Positions 57,152-64,000 of a stretch of 64,000 nucleotides of DNA are shown piece by piece. The DNA is from an uncultured Acidobacteriaceae bacterium. Its GTDB lineage: Bacteria > Acidobacteriota > Terriglobia > Terriglobales > Acidobacteriaceae. A model generated the notes under the pieces. That model was not told the DNA's origin. It was given only the letters and a program-made list of their open reading frames with translations, and made no database searches. A program made the translations under genes and the position numbers. Numbering within the stretch: the first letter of the stretch is position 1; every line of letters starts with the position of its first letter. The stretch spans positions 4,154-68,153 of the forward strand of contig CAWHVN010000016.1 of NCBI GenBank assembly GCA_963832805.1. The letters run 5' to 3'.

Positions 57152-57844
57152 TCACAACTCCGCCAGCTTCCGCGCCCTCTTGAAGACCTTGAGCAGCATC
57201 GCCCGCGTCAGCTTGCCCGTGTTTGTATTTTGCAGCGACGGATGATAGCTGGCGATCGCGATCAGGCCGCCCGGCAGTTTGTGCTCGGCTCCATGCGCAA
57301 AAGCAAACCCCGCCCGCGCCTTCAGCGCTCCCGTCCGTGCCGCATGCGCCAGCAAGCCATCGAACGCGATGCGCCCCAGGCAAACCACGACGCGCAAATC
57401 CGTGAGCAAACTCATCTCCTGGTCAAGCCACGGCGCACAGTTGCGCAGCTCTTCGGGTGTCGGTTTGTTGCCGGGCGGCGCGCAGCGCACTACCGCCGTA
57501 ATCCAAAGCCCGCTCAGCTTCATCCCATCGTCGCGTGAAACCGCCCTCGGCTGCGACGCAAATCCAGCCTCGTGCAGCACCGGATACAGAAAGTCGCCGG
57601 ATCCATCGCCTGTGAACGGCCGCCCGGTGCGATTCGAGCCGTGCGCTCCCGGCGCCAATCCCAGCGCCATCACGCGCGCGTTCGGGTCGCCGAACGATGG
57701 CACGGGCCGTCCCCAATACTCCCACTCCGCGTAGGCCCGCCGCCGCTTTCCCGCCACTTCTGCGCAATGCGCGCGCAGCCTCGGACAAAGCTCGCACGCA
57801 ACGATGCGCGCATTCAACGCTGCAAGAGTTGTGGCCCCGGCCAT
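57152..57844 (-). CDS. Uracil-DNA glycosylase, family 5 (UdgB-like, Fe-S)
   Basis: CELCPRL, GLAPGAHGSNRTGRPFTGD, RCAPPGNKP, YHPSLQNTNT. Confidence 0.92.
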   Translation of the reverse strand: MAGATTLAALNARIVACELCPRLRAHCAEVAGKRRRAYAEWEYWGRPVPSFGDPNARVMALGLAPGAHGSNRTGRPFTGDGSGDFLYPVLHEAGFASQPRAVSRDDGMKLSGLWITAVVRCAPPGNKPTPEELRNCAPWLDQEMSLLTDLRVVVCLGRIAFDGLLAHAARTGALKARAGFAFAHGAEHKLPGGLIAIASYHPSLQNTNTGKLTRAMLLKVFKRARKLAEL

Positions 57845-57906
57845 GAGGAGATTTTACGGCGCAGCCGGGCAGCATATGGCAAACTTGGTGCGGAGGAATT
57901 CGCACG

Positions 57907-58488
57907 ATGAAATCCACAAAGCTGTTGCTTCTCGCCGGCGATTTTGTTGAGGACTACGAGATCATGGTTCCCTTTCAGGCTCTGCAAATGGTCGGCCACA
58001 CCGTCCACGCCGTCTGCCCGGGCAAGAAGAAAGGCGATCAGGTCCGCACCGCGATTCACGACTTCGAAGGGGATCAAACCTACTCTGAAAAACGCGGCCA
58101 CAACTTCACGCTTAACGCCACGTTCGACGAAATCGATCCCGCGCAGTACGACGGCCTCGTCATCCCCGGTGGCCGCGCGCCGGAGTATCTTCGCCTCAAC
58201 CCCAAAGTTCTGGACATCATCCGTCACTTTGCCAAGGCCAACAAGCCCATCGCCGCGCTCTGCCACGGCCCGCAACTCCTCGCCGCCGCCGGCGTCATCA
58301 AGGGCCGCAAGATCAACGCGTACCCTGCCTGCGCTCCAGAGGTCGAGCTCGCCGGCGGAACCTACGTCTCTGTCGACACGACGGACGCAGTCGTCGACGG
58401 CAATCTCGTCACCGGCCCCGCCTGGCCCGCGCACCCAGCCTGGCTCGCCCGCTTCCTTAAAGTTCTTGAAGCTCGCGCGGCTGCCTGA
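57907..58488 (+). CDS. DJ-1/PfpI family protein
   Basis: [34 protein letters not shown]. Confidence 0.93.
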   Translation: MKSTKLLLLAGDFVEDYEIMVPFQALQMVGHTVHAVCPGKKKGDQVRTAIHDFEGDQTYSEKRGHNFTLNATFDEIDPAQYDGLVIPGGRAPEYLRLNPKVLDIIRHFAKANKPIAALCHGPQLLAAAGVIKGRKINAYPACAPEVELAGGTYVSVDTTDAVVDGNLVTGPAWPAHPAWLARFLKVLEARAAA

Positions 58489-58623
58489 TCGCTGCCTCCA
58501 TTCGCCTCAACTCCTCCGCCGCAGCGGCGCGAACAGGATCATTCCGCGCCGCATCTGCCTGCCGCACACGCTGTGCCATACTGAATCTGTCTTCGCACTC
58601 CCCAGGAATTGGAATCGTCCCGC

Positions 58624-59103
58624 ATGTCCGCCCAACCCAACCCGGAGTTTCTGCGCCGCGCCATCGAGCTCGCCACGCGCAACGTTCTCACCGCAACGGG
58701 CGGCCCCTTCGCCGCGGTCGTCGTGCGCGATGGCAAAATCATTGGCGAAGGCGTCAATTCCGTCACCTCAACCAGCGATCCCACAGCTCACGCTGAGGTC
58801 AACGCCATCCGCGCCGCCGCCAAAGTTCTGGGAACCTTCTCGCTCGCCGGTTGCGAACTCTACACCAGTTGCGAGCCCTGCCCCATGTGCCTCGCTGCCG
58901 CCTACTGGGCGCGCCTCGACGCCGTCTACTATGGAGCCAGCGCTGCCGACGCAGCCCGCGCCGGATTTGACGACGCATTTCTCTACGCCGAGCTCCGCAA
59001 AGACTCCAACCAGCGTAAACTCCACTCATCGCAATTGCTCGCCGACGAAGCCTGGGCCAGCTTTGCCGTCTGGATTGCCGCGCCCAACAAGATCGTGTAC
59101 TGA
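58624..59103 (+). CDS. Nucleoside/guanine deaminase (CDA fold, GuaD-like)
   Basis: GGPFAA, DPTAHAEV, SCEPCPMC, GFDDAFLY. Confidence 0.9.
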   Translation: MSAQPNPEFLRRAIELATRNVLTATGGPFAAVVVRDGKIIGEGVNSVTSTSDPTAHAEVNAIRAAAKVLGTFSLAGCELYTSCEPCPMCLAAAYWARLDAVYYGASAADAARAGFDDAFLYAELRKDSNQRKLHSSQLLADEAWASFAVWIAAPNKIVY

Positions 59104-59179
59104 CGCCGCAATCTTATGTATGTGGCGCCCCGTCCTTGACCCCGCGCCGCTGCCTTGCGTATGCTGCGAGCGTTTACGC

Positions 59180-59211
59180 GGGTGCCCCAGGTCTCGAATT
59201 TGAGACCTGGG
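59180..59211. repeat. REP-like palindrome GGGTGC-CCCAGGTCTC-GAATTT-GAGACCTGGG
   Basis: Perfect 10-bp intergenic stem preceded by GGTG; only one clear copy in this window. Confidence 0.5.
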
Positions 59212-59262
59212 ATACTAGTATGCACGAGACACGAACACGCGGAAGGAAAGCGAAGAGCCCGC

Positions 59263-61710
59263 ATGAGCACCACCGCCACGGCCGCAACTCCCGCTTCAAT
59301 CATCGGCTCCGGACCGCTCCTCGTTCGCCACGCCGCCGTCCTCGGCGCGGGAACCATGGGCGTCCGCATCGCCGCTCACTTGGCCAACGCCGGAATTCCC
59401 GTTCTTCTTCTCGATCTCCCTCCGAAACCCGAGACCTCGGAGCGCCCGCTCGCTTTCACCGCCGTTGATGCGCTCGCAAAGTCCAAACCCGCCGCTTTCT
59501 TTGAACCATCGTGCGCTGCGCTCATCACTCCCGGCACGTTCGACGACGACCTTCCCAAGCTCGCCCAGTGCGACTGGATCATTGAAGCCGTCGCCGAGAA
59601 CCTCGATATAAAGACAGCTCTCCTCACTCGCGTGCTTCCTCATCTCGCTCCTCACGCGCTTCTCACCACGAACACGTCCGGCCTGCCCATCGCGCGCATC
59701 GCCGCCGCGCTGCCCGCTGTCCGCGGCCGCTTCTTCGGTACGCACTTCTTCAATCCGCCGCGCTACATGCGCCTTCTCGAAGTCATCCCCACCGCCGAAT
59801 CCGATCCCGCCGCAGTCGCCGCCTTCTCCGCCTTCGCCGATCGCAACCTCGGCAAGCAGGTCGTCTTCGCGCACGACACGCCCAACTTCATCGCCAATCG
59901 CATCGGCATCGCGGTCATGTTCAACGCCGCCAACCGCATGCTTGAGCAGGGGCTTTCCATCGAAGAGATCGATGTGCTCACCGGCCCCACGATCGGCTGG
60001 CCGCGCACCGGAACCTTTCGCCTCGCCGACCTCGTCGGCATCGACATCCTCGCCCATGTCGCCGCCAACTTCCCTCAGGGCGTCACCGGAGGCAGGTTTT
60101 CCCCAATCCTTGCCGAGCTTCTCAAGCGCGGCTGGCTTGGCGACAAATCCGGACAGGGCTTCTACAAAAAGACTCGTGGTGACGATGGGAAAGACGAGCG
60201 TCTTGTGCTCGATCTCACCACGTTCGAGTACCGTCCCTCCGTCAAGCCCGCGCTGCCTTCGCTCGAAATGGCGAAAAACGCCGCCTCGCTCTCCGAACGA
60301 CTGCGCCTGCTCCTCAAGAACGATCCCGTCAAGGACAAAGCCGCGGCCTTTCTTTGGCCCTTTCTCTCTTCGCTCTGGAACTTCGCCGCCGATCGCATCG
60401 GCGAGGTCGCCGACGACGCTCCCTCAATCGACGCCGCCATGCGTGCCGGCTTCAACTGGGAGCTCGGCCCTTTCGAAATGTGGGATGCGGTCGGAGTCGC
60501 TGAAACCGTCGCCCGCATGAAGGCTCTTGGCCTTCCCGTCGGCGCTCCCGTTCAGGCTCTGCTCGCTGCATCGCGCACGAGCTGGTACTCGCCCGATCAC
60601 GACGCCTGCTTCCTGCCCGCCGCCAATCAATTCATTCCAATTCCCGCCGTTCCCGGCCACGCCCGCGTCGCTGATTTCCGCCGTTCGCTCGGCGTCCTCC
60701 GCTCCAACCCAGGCGCCTCGCTCGTCGATCTCGGCGACGGCATCGCCTGTATCGAGTTGCATTCGCTCAAGAACGCCATCGGCGGCGACGTTCTTGCTCT
60801 CATATCCGCCGTCCTCAACCCCTCCTCCGATGCGGTCCGCGATTTCGCCGGTTTCGTCATCTCCGGCGACCGCGACAACTTCTCCGTCGGCGCCAACCTC
60901 ATGCAGCTTCTTCTCACCGCGCAGGAGGGCGAGTGGGACGAGCTGGCCCGCGTGATCCACAACTTCCAGCAAATGACCGCGGCCATCAAATTCTGTCCGC
61001 GCCCCGTCGTTGTCGCGCCCTTCGGCCTCACCCTTGGCGGGGGCGCGGAAATCTGCCTCCACGCAGCGCGCCGCCAACCCCACGCTGAAACCTACATGGG
61101 CCTCGTCGAAGCCGGTGTCGGCCTCATCCCCGCAGGAGGCGGCACAAAAGAAATGCTTCTCCGCGCGCTCGACGCAGCCGCCGCGCTTGCCCCGCCCGAC
61201 CCACGAGATCCGCCGTCGCGCTTCGCACAATCCGCCGAGTTCGCCACAGCCCTCAAGCGCGCTCTCGAAACCATCGCCATGGCCAAGGTCTCCACCTCCG
61301 CCGCCGAGGCGCGCTCCCTCGGCCTCCTCGCGGCCGCTGATCGCATCACCATGAACCGCGACCGCCTGCTGCTCGACGCCAAGGCTCAAACCGCCGCACT
61401 CGCCGAGCGCGCCTACACTCCGCCGCAACCGCGCACGCAAATCCCCGCTCCCGGTCTCGCCGCGCTCGCCACCATGGAAATCGGCATCTATTTGATGGGC
61501 GAAGCCGGCTACGCCTCCGAGCACGACCAGAAAGTTGCCCGCTGGGCCGCGTACATCCTTGCTGGCGGGCGCATCACCCCCGGCACACTGGTCAGCGAGC
61601 AGTACATTCTCGATCTCGAGCGCGAAGCCTTCCTCTCCCTCTGCGGCGAGCGCAAGACACAGGAGCGCATCGCCTTCACCCTCAAAACCGGCAAGCCGCT
61701 GCGGAATTAG
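59263..61710 (+). CDS. fadN: 3-hydroxyacyl-CoA dehydrogenase / enoyl-CoA hydratase (FadN-like)
   Basis: VLGAGTMG, IIEAVAENL, TNTSG, HFFNPPRYM, FSVGANL, LGGGAEI, GLVEAGVGLIPAGGG, TGKPLRN. Confidence 0.92.
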   Translation: MSTTATAATPASIIGSGPLLVRHAAVLGAGTMGVRIAAHLANAGIPVLLLDLPPKPETSERPLAFTAVDALAKSKPAAFFEPSCAALITPGTFDDDLPKLAQCDWIIEAVAENLDIKTALLTRVLPHLAPHALLTTNTSGLPIARIAAALPAVRGRFFGTHFFNPPRYMRLLEVIPTAESDPAAVAAFSAFADRNLGKQVVFAHDTPNFIANRIGIAVMFNAANRMLEQGLSIEEIDVLTGPTIGWPRTGTFRLADLVGIDILAHVAANFPQGVTGGRFSPILAELLKRGWLGDKSGQGFYKKTRGDDGKDERLVLDLTTFEYRPSVKPALPSLEMAKNAASLSERLRLLLKNDPVKDKAAAFLWPFLSSLWNFAADRIGEVADDAPSIDAAMRAGFNWELGPFEMWDAVGVAETVARMKALGLPVGAPVQALLAASRTSWYSPDHDACFLPAANQFIPIPAVPGHARVADFRRSLGVLRSNPGASLVDLGDGIACIELHSLKNAIGGDVLALISAVLNPSSDAVRDFAGFVISGDRDNFSVGANLMQLLLTAQEGEWDELARVIHNFQQMTAAIKFCPRPVVVAPFGLTLGGGAEICLHAARRQPHAETYMGLVEAGVGLIPAGGGTKEMLLRALDAAAALAPPDPRDPPSRFAQSAEFATALKRALETIAMAKVSTSAAEARSLGLLAAADRITMNRDRLLLDAKAQTAALAERAYTPPQPRTQIPAPGLAALATMEIGIYLMGEAGYASEHDQKVARWAAYILAGGRITPGTLVSEQYILDLEREAFLSLCGERKTQERIAFTLKTGKPLRN

Positions 61711-61712
61711 CT

Positions 61713-62339
61713 ATGAAGTCAGCCGCACTGATCCTTTTCACGACTGCGTCTCTCGTCTCTGCAAGCATTACGGCGGTTGCACAGGACGCTTTCTCCATCG
61801 AAGGTCAAGGCACATCGCCGCTCGTCGAGTCCGGGCAGATCATCGTTGACGGCCACCCCACGCCCTACCTCATCCGCCATCTTCCCGTCAGCTCGTTTCC
61901 CGATCTGCCGTCCGCCATACAGATGGAACTCAGCGTCCGCGGTTGTCTCATCCCGCAAACCTACGAAGCCCACCGCCCTGAAAACGTCGTTCACGCGAGC
62001 CTTGAGCGACCGGGTTCATCCGACTGGGCCGTCCTCTGCTCCGCCAAGGGAGCCGTTTCTCTGCTGGTCTTCTTCGGCAGCGGCTCAAGCCTGCCTTTCA
62101 CGCTGGCCTCTGCCCCCGAAACCGAGCGCCTCCAGTCCCACGGCTCATCCGGCGTCCTCGGCTTCAACTGGGGCATCGACCCCGCGTCACCGCAGCAGGT
62201 CCACGAGGCGCAGGCCGGCATGGACCCGCGCCCTCCGCTCCTCGACCACGACGCCCTCGCCGATACGCTCGTCGATCGTCACACCGTCTACCACTTCTAT
62301 CTGAAGAGCGCTTGGATTGTGCTGGAGACGCAGGACTGA
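61713..62339 (+). CDS. Hypothetical secreted protein
   Basis: Signal peptide (ITAVAQ), RGCLIPQ, DWAVLCS, IDPA; starts 2 bp after the fadN stop. Confidence 0.75.
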   Translation: MKSAALILFTTASLVSASITAVAQDAFSIEGQGTSPLVESGQIIVDGHPTPYLIRHLPVSSFPDLPSAIQMELSVRGCLIPQTYEAHRPENVVHASLERPGSSDWAVLCSAKGAVSLLVFFGSGSSLPFTLASAPETERLQSHGSSGVLGFNWGIDPASPQQVHEAQAGMDPRPPLLDHDALADTLVDRHTVYHFYLKSAWIVLETQD

Positions 62340-62390
62340 ACCACGACACCAGGCGCTCCACGCCATAGAATCGTGTAGGAGCAACACTCC

Positions 62391-63575
62391 ATGCCGAGAG
62401 CCGTCCTCGTCGCCGCCGTCCGCACGCCCGTGGGCCGCGCCCCTAAAGGCGCGCTCTCCACCACGCGCCCCGACGATCTCGCTGCAACGGCGATCACCGG
62501 CGCGCTTGCCCGGATCCCCGTCCTCGAAAAACCCGCCATTGACGACGTGATCCTCGGCTGCGCGCAGCCCGAAGGCGAGCAGGGCTGGAATATCGCGCGC
62601 ATGGCCGCCCTCCGCGCCGGCCTTCCCGTCGAAGTTCCCGGCGCCACCGTCAACCGCCTTTGCGCCTCCGGTCTCGAGGCCATCGCGCTCGCCGATCACC
62701 GCATCCGTGCTGGCGCCGCGCAAGTCATCATCGCCGGCGGCGCCGAATCCATGAGCCTCATTCCTATGGGCGGCAACAAGCCCAGCCCCAATCCCTGGCT
62801 CGCCGCCAACTATGCCGCCTCCCTTCTAACCATGGGCCTCACCGCCGAGCGCGTTGCGCGCCGCTACTCCATCTCCCGCGATGATCAGGATGCCTTCGCC
62901 CTCGCGAGCCACCAAAAAGCTGTCGCCGCGCAAGCTGCCGGCCGTTTCGCCCAGGAACTCATCCCGGTCACAGTCACAACCGCAACGCCGGACGTCCCTC
63001 CGAAAAAGCCCCACGTCCAGGAAAGAGAGTTTTCAGCAGACGAAGGTCCCCGCGCAAACACTTCCGCCGCAGCGCTCGCCCAGCTCAAGCCCGTTTTTCA
63101 CGCGCAGGGCACGGTCACTGCGGGCAACTCCTCGCAAACCTCCGATGGAGCTGCCGCCGTTGTCCTCATGACAGCTGCCCGCGCGCGCGAGCTCGGCATT
63201 CAGCCTCTCGCCCGCCTCGTCTCTTACGCCGTCACCGGTTGTTTGCCGGAAGAAATGGGTATCGGCCCCATCACCGCAATTCCCAAAGCTCTTCGCCTCG
63301 CCGGCCTCACTCTTGACGACATCGACCTCATCGAGCTCAACGAAGCCTTTGCTGCTCAGGTCCTGGCCATCGTTCGCGCGCTCTCGCTCGATCCGGCACG
63401 CATCAATGTCAATGGGGGCGCCATTGCGCTCGGCCACCCGCTCGGCTGCACCGGCGCAAAATTAACCGCGACACTCCTCCAGGAGATGGAACGCCGTAAG
63501 GCGCGATATGGGATGGTCACTATGTGCGTCGGCGGCGGCATGGGCGCCGCCGGCATCTTCGAATTACTCAGCTGA
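62391..63575 (+). CDS. fadA: Acetyl-CoA C-acyltransferase (thiolase)
   Basis: [44 protein letters not shown]. Confidence 0.95.
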   Translation: MPRAVLVAAVRTPVGRAPKGALSTTRPDDLAATAITGALARIPVLEKPAIDDVILGCAQPEGEQGWNIARMAALRAGLPVEVPGATVNRLCASGLEAIALADHRIRAGAAQVIIAGGAESMSLIPMGGNKPSPNPWLAANYAASLLTMGLTAERVARRYSISRDDQDAFALASHQKAVAAQAAGRFAQELIPVTVTTATPDVPPKKPHVQEREFSADEGPRANTSAAALAQLKPVFHAQGTVTAGNSSQTSDGAAAVVLMTAARARELGIQPLARLVSYAVTGCLPEEMGIGPITAIPKALRLAGLTLDDIDLIELNEAFAAQVLAIVRALSLDPARINVNGGAIALGHPLGCTGAKLTATLLQEMERRKARYGMVTMCVGGGMGAAGIFELLS

Positions 63576-63608
63576 TCCACTGGTGCTACGTCCCCAGTCC
63601 CTATGTCC

Positions 63609-64000
63609 CTAGTTTTTGAAGAATTCCCCATGCCCACCATTCGCCCACGGGTCGTAGTGGAGCGCAAAGTTGGCGCGGTGTTGCGTGCTGGGATGGTCGT
63701 AGAGCCAGAACTCGATGAACGGATTCGGATTCGGATCTTCCAGCCACGACTGGCCCATGGCGTTGAATGCGCCTACCACGGTTTTCTGTGGGTCGGGCAC
63801 GATGCCGTGAATTGCCTCCTGTCCGTACACATCGGCCTGGTGCTCAAAATAGCGGCTGACGCCATTGCTCAAGGGCTGCAAAAGAAAACCCGCGATCGAG
63901 ATCGAGAACAGCAGCACCACAAATCCGGTTCGCGATGAAAGCTCCGTCACACTCCAGCGCACTCCAAACCGCCGCACCATCCACGCCGTAAACGCCGCGC
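63609..64000 (-). CDS. M48 family (Ste24/HtpX-like) metallopeptidase, C-terminal part
   Basis: SRYFEHQADVYG and YDHPSTQHR motifs; 5' part lies outside the window. Confidence 0.85.
   Translation of the reverse strand, partial: AAFTAWMVRRFGVRWSVTELSSRTGFVVLLFSISIAGFLLQPLSNGVSRYFEHQADVYGQEAIHGIVPDPQKTVVGAFNAMGQSWLEDPNPNPFIEFWLYDHPSTQHRANFALHYDPWANGGHGEFFKN

Noticed and set aside
1-64000. CRISPR array, prophage, IS element, integrase or anti-phage defence island
   Set aside because: No regularly spaced direct repeats and no recognisable mobility or defence genes. The four tRNAs are flanked by housekeeping genes, with no duplicated 3' ends seen.

Overview
A GC-rich chromosomal window, probably from an Acidobacteriaceae/Terriglobales genome (inferred from protein style and gene content, not from a database search). 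It holds about 58 genes and four tRNAs (Cys-GCA, Gly-GCC, Gln-CTG, Gly-CCC). I recognised no integrase, transposase, prophage gene or CRISPR array. Recognisable modules: pgm/cutA; an mqnD-like gene; REC-GGDEF; hemW; a Ser/Thr kinase-TPR protein; an SSS transporter; an ECF sigma/putative anti-sigma/Spy-CpxP operon; a PDZ-GAF-PAS histidine kinase with an NtrC-family regulator; surA-like and ctpA genes; arsR with arsM-arsC-acr3; rpsT; tesA-ybbAP; cysD-cysN-cysH-tauE; an alpha-2-macroglobulin locus; and fadN-fadA. The most interesting items are four. (1) A 22-aa, near-leaderless, Cys-rich ORF (MVYVLPSRSCCCLSNIFDGCPR) lies upstream of cysD with an adjacent anti-SD element, a candidate cysteine-sensing attenuator. 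(2) A hybrid macroglobulin locus combines a thioester-bearing A2M, DUF1175, a SpoIID-HExxH fusion and a stand-alone transpeptidase. (3) The putative anti-sigma gene carries a +1 frameshift. (4) Candidate ECF and sigma54 autoregulatory promoters and small proteins fall below the ORF-track cut-off.
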